Below, one piece after another: positions 1 to 12,253 of a stretch of 64,000 nt of DNA. The stretch comes from Squalus acanthias (lineage: Eukaryota). The notes beneath the pieces were generated by a model. The model saw nothing but the letters and a program-made list of their open reading frames with translations, ran no database searches and was not told the DNA's origin. The position numbers and the translations under genes were made by a program. Position 1 is the stretch's first letter. Each line of letters opens with the position of its first letter. Where the stretch lies: the NCBI GenBank assembly GCA_030390025.1, contig CM059433.1, positions 21,516,001 to 21,580,000 on the forward strand. The letters run 5' to 3'.

Positions 1-105
1 CTACCAGTGAATTTAGGCCACGGGGGCGCTAACTTTTTCGGGGTGCTACTTTTAGCGCCCCGGCGAAGTTAGCGCCCCAAAGGGGGTGCAACCCAATTTT
101 GCCCC
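1..105. mobile_element. End of a Harbinger-type MITE (family B), cut by the window edge, inserted into a CR1 LINE
   Basis: TAGCGCC/GGCGCTA arrays and a terminal caattttgcccc resemble the end of the 23391-24110 element; CR1 sequence resumes immediately after. Confidence 0.75.
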
Positions 106-510
106 TATATTCTCTAGAGTTTAGAAGAATGAGAGGTGATCACATTGAAACATACAAAATTCTTACAGGACTTGACAGGGTAGATGGTGGGAGGATGTTT
201 CCCCTGGCTGGGGAGTCTAGAACCAGTCTCAGAATAAGGGGAATAAAGGACTGAGATGAGGAGAAATTTCTTCACTCAGAGGGTGATGAATTCTCTACCC
301 CAGAGGGCTGTGGAGGTTCAGTCATTGAGTATATTCAAGACAGAGATCGATAGATTTTTGGATATTAAAGGAATCAAGGGATATGGGGATAGTGCAGGAA
401 AGTAGAGTTGAGGTAGAAGGTCAGCCATGATCTTATTGAATGGTGGAGCAGGCTCGAGGGGCCAAATGGCCTACTCCTGCTCCTATTTCTTATGTTCTTA
501 TGTTCTTGAA
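106..510 (+). mobile_element. CR1/HER1-type LINE 3' fragment
   Basis: Encodes the ORF2 C-terminus (YSLEFRRMRGD...) followed by the 3' UTR tail ggctcgaggggccaaatggcctactcctgctcctatttcttatgttcttatg. Confidence 0.9.
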
Positions 511-1029
511 GTGGTCATTTTATTGAGGATTGCTGAGTAGAAGTTGGGTCAGTAGTATTTCTCCATGTTGTGTTGTGCTAATTTAAAATGTTAGGTTTAC
601 CTTTGTCTGGTCCACTGGGTGAGACCAGTGTTGTGGCCTCCCTGCATCCTCACTGTGCTGAAATTGAGATTTGTTGCCCAGCTTTCTACTGTAACTCATT
701 CTTTCCCAGGAGCTCAAAACTGTTTGAACTCGCTGAGTTTTCTTTCTCTTAAAATGCAGAGGATTTTGGAGCTCAAATTTGGCATCGCCTGAGCACTGCT
801 CATTTAATTGCCTCATCCTCTCTCTTCCTTTTATTCAAATTTGGTAGTCTCATGCACTCCTGTATTGTGGGCCTTGTCCTTCAGCTGGATTTCTTGATTT
901 TTTTAAAAAGTGTAGTAGACAGATCTGCACAGTACTATTGCAGAATGTAAACTTGGATACATATCACTCTCAATTGATCAAAAATTAAATGATTTACAAC
1001 ATAAAAGTTAAAGATGATCTTTATAATCA

Positions 1030-1330
1030 GAGAAAAAGAAAAACGTATTTAAATAACACCTATCACTTCTTTCAGCATACAAAACATACAATTAATTACT
1101 TTGAAGTGCAGTGACTATTGTTATATGAACAAACACAACCATATTGTGCACACCAAGATCCCAAAATAATCAATGAATGACAAATTGAATCTAGTCTTGC
1201 TGGTTTTGATTGAGGGAGTACTGTTGGCGAGGCCACCAGGTTGATTCTGCACTTTGATTCAAATCAGTCATTAACATCCACCTGAACATGCACATAGGGC
1301 CTTGGTTTAACATTTCATCCATGATTCTTC
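1030..1330 (-). mobile_element. Degenerate DeuSINE/SacSINE1-like copy
   Basis: Diverged similarity to the 6881-7314 element (tactttgaagtgcagt, ttggtttaacatttcatcc). Confidence 0.55.
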
Positions 1331-2669
1331 CATGCAAAGAGTTACTGATCTTGGCCACGCTGCTGTAAGGAGGAACCAAGCAGAGGGCAGGCACTTTTCC
1401 ACTGATACAGTGTGAGAATGAGCTGGAGCTGCTGTAGCTCAGCTCCCAGTGGCTGGTGAAAGAGAAATATAGGCACACGTCTCAAGCCTCTTGATTCAAT
1501 CCATAACAAAAGGCTGCCGCTCCAGTTCACTTACCACAATAGGTTTCATAAGCTACTGTTGTTGAGGTGTTGCACCTTGCGGGGGGCCACGGGGAGGGTT
1601 GTGGGGGTGGGGGGGTTGGCGGTGATGGAATTGCTGTTGCATTCTAATACTGCATGACAGGTTGAAGGAACCTCTTCATCACTCACCAGCTTTAGATAAA
1701 TGTCGCCTCTACTAACTAAGAAGCTGCGTTGTCACTGGCGGAGAGACAACAGCATGGCATTCTCTTTTCCAAGTAAGCTAAAGACGTATGACAGCAGTTA
1801 GAAGATGAAGGGAGGGGTGCCTAAGGAAGGGAAACAGGTTCATCAAACCACTGTCGGTGAAGAAGTACAGTCATTTTGATCAGTATTTGCATGAAACATG
1901 TGCAATGTTCAGAACATGATCAGAAATGTAGGAAGAAGAGAGAAAAAAAAAACCTAAGGAGTTTGTTGGCTTTTACCAGTCATTGCTGAGCTGGAATCAG
2001 CTCATTTGAATATCCAGATTGACAATCTGTGGCATATCTCATGGGGTTTTGTAAAATTAAATCACAGGTCTACCTTCTCTAATTGTTATGGATATAGCTA
2101 GATGTCACTGTGCAAGAGTATCACAGTGCATTTATAGGAAATTAATACGGAAGAGTAAGGGGCACAATGGCAGGCAAAACATAGTTTTACCTTCATGATT
2201 ATAGTGAATGATATGTCGGCCAGAGCACACACCTCCTGCGAGCATCTGAAAGACAGGAGAAATCTTCTCAAAAGCTTCTTTTATTTCATCAAACGCTGAG
2301 CTAATGCTTTTATTCTGTGTAACCCCAGTTCAGATAGAATTTATGACCTAACTGTACAAAGCCATCTTCATCTGTGTCTATAAAATATTTCATTTGAGTA
2401 GATAGCCGGGAGTGAGTTAAAAGGCACTCAGATGATGGAGGGCTTTATATGACATTGTTAACCATCATCAGAATGTTTAAGTGGGTTGTTAAATCACCTT
2501 TGCACTCAGTACTTTGCAGCTGCTTTAAACACCACTTCTTACATAATATTACACACAGCATTATTATCTGTCCAGTTTAATTGCTCAAGACCTCTCCTGC
2601 TTTGTAGCAGTCACTGTGATGTAAATAAGTGTTTATGCGATCATTTCACTGGATGAGTTAGTAAGAGTT

Positions 2670-2790
2670 CCTCCAGTAGCTCAGTTGGCTAATGTACTGC
2701 TGAGTGTGGAACCGTGACATGCTGACCAATAAAGTCTCAGGTTTAACTAGCCATTTGTGCCAAGCTAGCCGACCTCAGCTGGGATCACGT
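2670..2790 (+). mobile_element. Degenerate tRNA-derived SINE head
   Basis: A-box-like gtagctcagttggctaat and B-box-like caggttt; similar heads at ~34635 and ~59427. Confidence 0.45.
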
Positions 2791-2825
2791 TGTGCCTGTT
2801 AATCTGAATGTATCATATTGCAAAG

Positions 2826-2990
2826 AAGGAAGAAAGAACTTGCATTTGTGTAGTGGCTTTCAAGTCCTCAGGACGTCCCAAAGCACTACACAGCCAAGAA
2901 ATTACTTTTGAAGTGTAGTTGAGCACAGCAGCCTATTTGCACACAGCAAGATCTCACTAACAACAGTAAGATGAATGATGAGTTAATCTG
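2826..2990 (-). mobile_element. DeuSINE/SacSINE1-like 3' fragment
   Basis: aagaacttgcattt...tacttttgaagtgtag...gcacacagcaagatctcac, homologous to 6881-7314. Confidence 0.7.
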
Positions 2991-3586
2991 GGAGGACTCC
3001 CTGGAAGGTGAAATCGGAATTATGTTTGTAGTATCACCTGATGATAATTCCACACCCTTATCACACTGCTCAGAACATCAGTATCTCAGAAAAATCAGCT
3101 CAACGGCATTATCACAGGAGTCCCTGAGGCCCTCTCCTCTTCTCAACAGCTCCGCTCCCACATACTTCTTTTGATCAAAGAGCATTTCGCCATCATATGT
3201 ATGAATCCAAGGTGAATGTCATGACACTACAGCCCCCTCTGAAAAAGGCTCTGCCAGGGGTCCATGATGTATAATCCTTATACCTTTGTACATAACCAAG
3301 AAATGGCAGGAATCCACAGAACTCTGTCGTCCAAATTAGTGTTCGACCTTAACCCATAACCTGCCTCTTTGTGCATTTAAAACAGTGTCAGAAAATGCTT
3401 TGCTGTTGGATTCAGCAAATTCCCTCTTGCCTAATTATGTAGAGGGTCTAACAGATATATAGGTGTCATGCAAATAATGTCAAACCTTTATTGTATAATT
3501 TTTAACAAATAAAAAAATGTTTTGAGTCATATCCGCGGTGCAAATTTTTCAAATTGTAACTTGGGATAACAATGGCAGAAGCCATT

Positions 3587-3823
3587 GATTGGTACTTGGT
3601 ACCCCTGAATTGGTATTTGGTACCCCTGAATTGGTATTTGTGACACCTGAATTGGTATTTGGTACCCCTGAATTGGTATTTGGGACACCTGAATTGGTAT
3701 TTGGTACCCCTGAATTGGTATTTGATACCCCTGAATTGGTATTTGGTACACCTGAATTGGTATTTGGTACCCCTGAATTGGTATTTGGTACCCCTGAATT
3801 GGTATTTGGGACACCTGAATTGA
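3587..3823. repeat. Minisatellite, 21-bp unit (TTGGTATTTGGTACCCCTGAA), about 11 copies
   Basis: Directly visible tandem array with point variants; it accounts for the four repetitive ORFs in the track. Confidence 0.97.
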
Positions 3824-4639
3824 CCTGTGCCCCCTGAAAGAGTTTCCTGATAGCCATGCACCTTTAAATTGAATGAAAAGTTTTACTGCAGTGCTTTCAA
3901 TTTCTACATAGTTTCCACATAAGTTAGTGGTGCACTGGGTAAACAATGCGCCAGAGAACACACAGAGAAATGCTGCTTTCAGAGCATCCAATCTAAGTTA
4001 TTTAATACTAGTAATTACTATTGGCAATAGTGGTGAGACGAATACTTAGCGATTCATATGACATTCTTGCAAGTATTTGGTGGAAGCATTTATCTGTTTA
4101 TTTTAAATGGATTTAAGCCTCTGTTAAAATAGTGGGCAAAGGAATGTCAAACTAAACCATAAGCCTTCATCTGGTACTACCACTAATAGTGATTTCTAGC
4201 CTATAATTTTAAAATCATTTTTTGTACTTCTGTTTCCAACTAAGTCACTACCACCATCTCCTGATGGTTTCTGTTACAACAGAATGACTTTGAAGCAACA
4301 CATCAGTATGCATTCACAAAAGGCACATTTCCTCTGGAGTCACAATTCGGCATGCCTCCAATCTTTCAGAAGTAATTTGAATTAAGTAAAGACGTTATTA
4401 CCAAGTTTGAGATAATCCTGTGTGGCCACCTTCATCTGTCAGTGGATGTTACAGAACAGTTGGAATTTGTACAGTCAGAAGAGATATTTGCCATACTGCA
4501 AAACTGAGAACTACAGAATGTTCCACTTTCATTTATTCTGATAGCCTCTCAACACGTTACTATTTGCCAAAAATACCGTTGTTTTAATATTGGTTGATCT
4601 CTTGTGGACTTGCTCACAGGTAAGTTGGGTGCATCTGAT

Positions 4640-5540
4640 TTGTCACACGCTGCTTGTCTGACATCCAGTAGTGGATGAGCAGAAATTTCCTCCAGTTAAA
4701 TATTGGGAAGACCGAATCCATTGTCTTCAGCCCCCCACCACAAACTCTGTTCCATAGCCCTCCATTCCCCCCCCCTGGCCAATGTCTGAGGCTGAACCAG
4801 ACTGTTCGCAACCGTGGCGTCCTATTTGACCCTGAGCTGAGTTTTGACCCCATATCCTCTCCGTCACCAAGTCCGCCGAGCTCCACCTCCGTAATATTGC
4901 CCATCTCCACCCCTGCCTCAACCCATCTGCTGCTGAAACCCTCATCTATGCTTTTGTTTTGTCCAGACTCGAATACTCTCCTGGTTGACCTATCAGACTC
5001 TAATGCTCTCCTGGTTGGCCTACCACCTTCCACAAGCCATAAACTTCAGTTCATCCAAAGTTCTGTTTCCCATATCTTGATTGGTACCAAGTCCCGTTCA
5101 CCCATCACCGCTGCACTTGCTGACCTACATTGGCTTCCAGTCCAGCAATGCCTCAAATCCAAAATTCTCAACTTTGTGCTCAAATCCCTCCACGGCCTTG
5201 CCTTTCTCTGTCTCTGTAACCTCTTCCAGCCTACAACCCCCCCGAAAGCTCTGCATCCTCCCAATTCTGGCCTCTTGTGCATCTGTGATTTCCTTCGCTC
5301 CACCATTGGCGGCCGTGCCTTCAGCTGCCTAGACCCTAAACTCTGGAATTTCTTCCCTGGACCTCTCTGTCTTTCTACCTCTCTGCCTCCTTTAAGACAC
5401 TCCTTAAAACCTATCTCTTTGACCAAGCTTTTGGGCACCTGTCCTAATATCTCCTTATGTGGCTTGGTGTCAAATTTTGTCTGATAACACTCCTGTGAAG
5501 CGACTTGAAATGTTTTAGCATGTTAAAGGCGCTATATAAA
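4640..5540 (+). mobile_element. L2-clade LINE 3' fragment (decayed ORF2 C-terminus)
   Basis: ORF 4675-5484 has L2 motifs MSRNFLQLNIGKTE, ITAALADLHWLPV and GGRAFS..PKLWN; 3' tail gttaaaggcgctatataaa. Confidence 0.9.
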
Positions 5541-6880
5541 TTATTGTGGTGTTTGATATCTGTTACCTGTGCTGACTTGTTGATGCTACTTTGTCTCTTA
5601 TTAAGGACTTGCAGTTGTTCATGAAGGTTATGTTGATCGTTCAGCATAGGTCTTAGAGCACTAGGTGAACAGGTTTCAGGCCTGCAAGGCTGAGGTTAGA
5701 CTGGTTCCACTGGTTCTGGAGCCTTGAGTGCTTTCTTTAAGGTGATATTTGCATACCAGGAATTACTTCACTACTGCAGCTCTGCAGCTTGTGTGCATCT
5801 TGGAGACACCTGGATGCAGAGCTGCATCAAGAGGCTGGGGATGTTCTGTAAAAATATACAAATAGCCTCTCACATATGTGTTACTCCCTCCTTTTCTCGA
5901 TTTTTCCCTTGTTGCTTTCTTACAGTGGTACTGTTATTCTCCCCCTTTCTGGATTTCTCTCTTTCACCGTTTCTTTTTACTCCCTCGATCTTTGTTCATC
6001 TCTTCTCTGTCTCTGTTATTCTCAATTTCTGTTTTGCTCTTATTGTTAATACCTTCCCGTACTTCTCTTTCATCTTTATATTCTGCTTCCTTTCTGTTAC
6101 TCTTTGATTGCTCCTTGTACCTTCTTGTTCAACCTTGAATCTTGCTAGCTGCCTAATTTTCTTTAAGTGATCTGCAACTGCTGCTTTTCCCTCTAGTGAT
6201 CTCTCACAATGGCACCAGAATTGCAGCAGCATTGAGAGATCTAGAAGAGAGCAAACAGGAGAACAGAGTCACTGAAGACAGCAACGAGAGGAACTTATTT
6301 AATTTAATATAAGTTTTTTTTAAATGGTGATGGAGAAAATAATGAGACTGAAGTTTGACAAACCTCCAGGACCTGATGGTTTCCACCCCAGGGTATTAAA
6401 AGAAGTAGGTGCGGAAATTGCAGATACCCTAGTTACGATCTTCCAAACTCTCTTGATTCAGGAATTGACCCCTTGGATTGGGAAAATTGAAAAAATGTCA
6501 CTCCACTATTTAAATAAGGTACGAGAGAGAAACCAGGAAATTATAGGTCTATTCGTCTAATGTCTGTTGTGCGGAGATTACTAGAATCTGTTATTCGGAA
6601 CAGAGTGACTAAGCATTTGGACAAATAGGAACTGATCAGAGCGGGCCAGCATGGATTTGTAAAGAGTAAGTCATGTCTAACAACTTACCCTTTACAAATC
6701 TAGTTGAATTTTTGGAGGAGGTCACTAATGTAGTAGATAAGGGAATATTTATGATGTTATTTGTATGGACTTCCAGAAGTCATTCAATAAGGTTCCACAG
6801 AAGAGACTGTTAGCAAAAATGAAAGTATATGGAATTGGAGGCAAATTTTTGACAATGGGTAGGGAATTGATTAGGAGGCA

Positions 6881-7314
6881 AGAAGAAAGACTTGCATTTA
6901 TATAGCGCCTTTCATGACCACCGGACGTCTCAAAGCGCTTTACAGCCAATGAAGTACTTTTTGAAGTGCAGTCACTGTTGTAATGTGGGAAACGCGGCAG
7001 CCAATCTGCGCACAACAAGCTCCCACAAACAGCAATGTGATAATGACCAGATAATCTGTTTTTGTAATGTTGGTTGAGGGATAAATATTGGCCAGGACAC
7101 TGGGGATAGTGCCAAGGGATCTTTTACAGCCACCTGAGAAAGCAGACAGTTTAATGTCTCATCCAAAAGACAGCACCTCCAACAGTGCAGCACTCCCTCA
7201 GCACTGCACTGGAATGTCAGCCTAGCTTTATGTGCTCAAGTCCCTAGGGTGGGACTTGAACCCACAACTTTCTGACTCAGAGGTGAGAGTGCTACCCATT
7301 GAGCCACAGCTGAC
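6881..7314 (-). mobile_element. Near full-length DeuSINE/SacSINE1-like SINE inserted in CR1
   Basis: The minus strand begins gtcagctgtggctcaatgggtagcactctc...ggttcaagtcccac (tRNA A/B boxes). It continues through a Deu-like core and ends in an L2-like tail ggcgctatataaatgcaagtctttct. Confidence 0.85.
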
Positions 7315-7692
7315 ACTGAAGACAGAGAGTAGGAATAATGGATACGTACTCAAATTTGCAGGATGTGTCAAGTGGTGTCCCCCAGGGATCTGGATTGGGC
7401 CTCAGCTTTTACTATATTTATCAATGACTTTGATGAAGGAATAGAGAACCATATATCCCAAATTTGTTGATGACATTAAGTTAGTGTCAGTAGACACAGT
7501 AAATAGTGTAGATGGGAGCAGAAAGTTACAAAGGGACATTGATAGATTAATTGACGGGCAAAACCGTGGCAGATGGAGTTCAATGTGGGGAAGTGTGAGG
7601 TCATTCACTTTGGATCGAAGAAAGATAGATCAGAGTATTTTCTAAATGATGAGAAGATAGGAACTGTAGAGGAGTGGAGAGATTTAGGGGTC

Positions 7693-8125
7693 ATAGAATC
7701 ATGGAATCATATATAGCATAGAAGGAGGCCATTTGGCCCATCATGTTTGTGCCGGCTCTTTGAAAGAGGCAACAAATTAGTCCCACACCCCTGTTCTTTC
7801 CCCGTAGCCCTACAAATTTCTCCTTTTCATGTATTTATCCAATTCCCTTTTGAAAGTTACTATTGAATCTGCTTCCACCACATTTTCAGGGAGTGCATTC
7901 CAGATCATAAGAACTTGCTGCGTAAAAATGCTCTTCTAATTTCTGCACTGGACGTTTAGCAAATGATCTTAAATCTCTGTCCTTTGGTTACTGACCCTCC
8001 TGCCAGTGAAAACAGTTTCTCCCTATCTACCCTATCAGAACCACTCATCATTTTCAACACCTCGATTAAATCTCCCCAGAACCTTCTCTGCCCTAAGGAG
8101 AACAATCTCAGCTTGGTTTGCCTCT
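7693..8125 (-). mobile_element. CR1 3' fragment nested antisense in the 6320-8660 CR1
   Basis: Starts atagaatcatgg...gaaggaggccatttggccc, the reverse complement of a CR1 3' tail. Confidence 0.75.
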
Positions 8126-9439
8126 CCATGTACAGAAAATAATTAAAAAGGCTAATGGAATGTTAGCCTTTATCTGAAGGGGGCTGGAATACAAAGGGGT
8201 GGAAGTTAGGCTACAGTTGTTTAAAGGCCTGGTCAGGCCACATCTGGGTATTGTGTTCAGCTCTGGGCACCGCACCACAGGAAGAATATATTGGCCTCGG
8301 AGGGGGTGCAGCGCAGATTTGCCAGCATGATACCAGAGCTAAATAGGTTAAATTATGAGGACAGATTGCATAGAAAGAAACAATTTCCTCTGGTGGGGAG
8401 GTCAGTAAAAGGGGGCATAACCTTAAAATTAGAGCTACGTCATTCAGGGGTGATGTCAGGAAGCACTTCTTCACACAAAGGGTAGTGCAAATCGGGAACT
8501 CTCTTCCCCCAAAAAGCTGTTGAGGCTGGGGGCCAATTGAAAGTTTCAAAACTGAGAATGATAGATAAGGGTATTAAGGGAATTCTGGAACTAAGGCGGG
8601 TAAATGGATTTAAGATACAAATCAGCCATGATCTAACTGAATGGCAGAATAGACTTGAGGAGCGTATGCATCCCTTGGGTTTTAACACACATGCTCCTGC
8701 ACAATGCAAATCAAGCCTCAGGATAATGTTCCAGAATGGGGTCAATGCTTTCAGTTGAGGGGTGAGATTGGGTGTGGTGCTGTAGCTAGTAGGGGAGAAT
8801 TTCTCCTGTCAATTTGGTATTTTAGGAATAAAATATCAGACCAATTGAACAATGGAATGGGAAGTTTAGGGCTACCTTGCGAATTACTTATTTTTTGCTG
8901 TGATACACTTTAACATTAGGGCTATAAACGTGATGAGGAACTAGCATAACAGCGGTATCTCAGAGAGAATGTTTTGTTGCAATGTGCATTATTTTTTGCT
9001 GTGGTGTGTGCATGGGTGAAATTTTTGGGTTGAGAAGCTTTCCGATTGTTTTCTGATGGCTGAATGGTAGCACTCTCGCTTGTAAGTCAGAAGAACCCAG
9101 GGTTTGCTTGTTGTAAACTGTAGACATCCTATTAAGTGTAATGTTGAAATTTGTATTAGACAGTAATGCGCTGTTTCGACTGAGATATCTTGAGTGGTGT
9201 GATATATTTTAATAAATCTCTCATGGTATCATTCACGATAAGTCTGAGGATCTCCTGTTTTATTAAGGCAGGAGCATTATAGCATGTGGATAGAATCGAA
9301 TTGTGTGTCCCTTTTATGGTGAGAAAGTATAATTGCTTCTCATTCTTGCAGTGAATGCTAGGTTCACTTACAGGTCAAATGGCAGATGAAAGCGCTGGGA
9401 TCGTTTGATTGACAGGTTAATTAACAAGTTGGACACAAT

Positions 9440-11360
9440 GAGAGGAATTTTAACTTGCAGGAGCGCGTGGGTTTGGGTGCAGGTGGGGGGTTAAAACCAG
9501 CAAAAATGTCAGCGTGTCGGGAAGCGGGCTCCAACCCTGCCGACTTCCACGTTTAACTGGGGCGTGTTAGGCTGCTTGCACGCAACTCTTTCGGGAGAGG
9601 CAGGTTGCCTATTGACATATGGTATTCGCTCAATTGGAGCGATATTGCAACACAGTTTTAAGTTTAACATCGTATCCTCAGGTTTCCCAGGCTTCCTGAA
9701 ACTCGCCATTGAAAGCAAAGCGAGAACACAACGGCAATTGAGGGAGCTGATTAAAACTCATGGAAATTCTGCAATAAATACTCAGTACTCACAACTGCTT
9801 TCTTACCTACTAGTGGGGAAGGGTTTGTTCACTGCACTTTTGCTGTAAGTTTACTTTCTACTCTTTGGAGGTTTTCTGAATCACATCAGGATGGGTGGCG
9901 CCTTACCTGCCTTAGATTGGACCTCGGACGAGGAGCAATATGACCAGGACCAGAAGCAGCAGCAGCTGCCATTGAGAGACCTGGAGCTGGACACCAGAGA
10001 GGGGACCAGCAGCAGCAGCAACCTGCCCTTCAGAGACCCACAGAAGGACTTCAGATAGGGAAGCAGCAGAGAGTGGAGTAGCAGAGGGATGCAGGTCACA
10101 GGAGGCACCACCCGCACTACACAGGGTGTGCATGCAGAGGCTGAGTTTTCTCGACATATCGGAGCAGCAGTGCTTCAGGAGGCTCAAGTTGTCATGTCAG
10201 GTGATAGCAGAAATCTGCAACGTCCTAGAAGAAGACCTGCCCCCTGCTGGACCTGGTGACCACGTGTTACCAATGGCTCTCAAAGTCACCACCACCCTCA
10301 ACTTTTTTGCCTCGGATACTTCCAGGACTCTGCCGGAGACACATCCAGGATCTCCCAGTCAGCGGCCCACAAATGCATAAGACAGGTGATTGATGGGTTG
10401 TTTGCCAGGGCCGGCAATTATGTGAACTTCGCCTATGATGACACTAGTCAGAATGAGCGGACACTCGAGTTTGTGTCTCTGGTTGGCTTCCCACAGGTGC
10501 AGGGCATCACCGACTACACACATGTGGTAATCCACGCAGCTACAGAGCAACCATTGGTATTCATCAGCCACAAGAGCTTCCACTCCATCAATGTCTATCT
10601 GGTGTGAAATTACAGAAAGATATTTTCTTTAGATTCCCGGGGAACTGCCATGATGCTTTTGTCCTACGGCAATCTAAGCTCCCCCACCTCTTTGGACCTG
10701 CAAGCACACTTAAGGGGTGGCTGCTAGGAGACAAGTGGCTTCAGCAGAGGTAGAGGCAGGCTGCTTAGATCCCTGCTCTGACTGCTGAGATGCTCTTGGC
10801 CGACGACCTATGGGTTTTGGAGCCCGTGAGGGCCCCGCCAAAGACTGCTCCACCAGATGACTCAGCCATCGGGACATGAGGCAGTTTGTCAGGCACTGAC
10901 TGGGGCGGTGGGGGGTTGGCAAGAGGTGAGAAGCGGAAGCACTTTGACTGGTGTTCCCACTTCCATGTCCCCTTTCGCCATCACCCCTCTCATGGGCCAG
11001 CCGTACTTCACTGTTACCACTTGGCTGGAGAACACTTTGGTGCAGATCAGTGCTGTCAAGCCACGGCTAAAGTCTCTGTCATCCTATTTAAGGTGGCAGA
11101 CATGTTGGCATCCAGTGTGTGCATGGCCGTGGTCAATGCCTGCACGGACTCATTTGTTTGCCACATTTGATGTTCCACGGAGTTGGCCACTCTATCCATG
11201 CAAGAAGACAACCTCGCAGTGCTCTGCGAGATCATCCCACCCATGCTGAGGTGGACTGCTCCATTCCCTGCAATTGTGGTCATTATGCTTGGAAGGCCAG
11301 TCAGTGCATCGCACATTCTCTGCTACTCCTCAATGATTCAGATCTCCCAGCCTGATGTTT
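9440..11360. mobile_element. Relic of an autonomous PIF/Harbinger transposon, internally deleted
   Basis: TIR-like start gagaggaattttaac at 9440, a + strand transposase pseudogene, and a - strand helical/coiled-coil ORF remnant (11056-11316) in convergent orientation. The right boundary is uncertain. Confidence 0.7.
9891..10735 (+). pseudogene. Harbinger/HARBI1-like DDE transposase pseudogene
   Basis: Frameshifted pieces read QRLSFLDISEQQCFRRLKLS...LPMALKVTTTLNFFAS, GFPQVQGITDYTHV (the IDCTH first catalytic Asp region), KSFHSINV, PGNCHDAFVL and WLLGDK. Confidence 0.88.
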
Positions 11361-12253
11361 TGGGGCCCTAATCATTGTATTATCCTCCCTCCATCTTATG
11401 ATTGTACGTTGTAATGTATTCCTAAACATGCTGATGTCCTTGATGGCTGACAATTGAGATGAGAGAAGTGAAACTTCCTCCTCCCAATGCATGTTTTCAT
11501 ATGTAAGCATTAAATGATATTTTGTACTATATCTACCAAATTCAGAATCTTTACTCCATTTTTGTTCTAAGTTCCCAGTAACATTTTGCCTTGCAGTACG
11601 GAATTTACAGATAAAATCCGAAATATCCAATCCATGTTTTTAATTCTTACTATTAATTGAATATTCAGCTCGAAATAATCCAATGAGATTTTCCCACACG
11701 ATTATGAGGTAAAAACTGTTTACTACTATTTAATCACTAAACTTAAAAGAAAATATAAATTTTAAGTCCATTTCTATGTGAACTTGATGGAGAACATCTC
11801 CTGTTCTCTGGAACGTAACCTTTATGACAACAGTTAAGACCTCTGCCCAGCAGTGCATTTTTCTATGCGCAACGCTTGTCTGCTGTTGTCTAGTTGTTGC
11901 TATTTGTCCAGGTTTCAGAAATCCTGTATGAACTGCAGGAAAAATCAAGATGTTGATTTTCTCGAGGGCTCTTCTGGTTGATGTTTTCACTGTATCTACG
12001 TCCTTAACAGCTGTGTATTGAGGCAGAATGCCATGTCAGGGTTCAGTGCCATTCTGAGGGAAATCAGTTGAAGATTTTACTGCACTGCTTCACATTACGG
12101 TGTTAACAAATGCTGCCAAAATAATCCATTAGAAGTCATTTTCCTTTTGTGGATCTCCACAATACGAAGCATTTCACCTGGTATGTTTGTTCATAAATAG
12201 TGTTATTTGGACAGATAACAGATAATAGGTGTTTGTCTGTTTACAGACAGTAA

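Larger units (their letters stand above)
6320..8660 (+). mobile_element. Fragmented CR1/HER1 LINE (ORF2 RT region to 3' UTR) with nested insertions
   Basis: Contains KPPGPDGFHPRVLKEV, QHGF, DFQK, a YVDD/FVDD region, WQMEFNVGKCEV and a 3' UTR. It is interrupted by the SINE at 6881-7314 and an antisense CR1 piece at ~7693-8125. Confidence 0.88.

Noticed and set aside
1750..2200. Possible integrase zinc-finger relic (IAELESAH...)
   Set aside because: The similarity is too short and broken to support without a search.
3502..3991. Repetitive-protein genes or a CRISPR array
   Set aside because: Explained by a 21-bp tandem repeat with no spacers and no splice or promoter support.
9891..10735. Host HARBI1 gene
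   Set aside because: Multiple stops, frameshifts and a deletion, with a TIR-like flank: a transposon relic rather than the domesticated gene.
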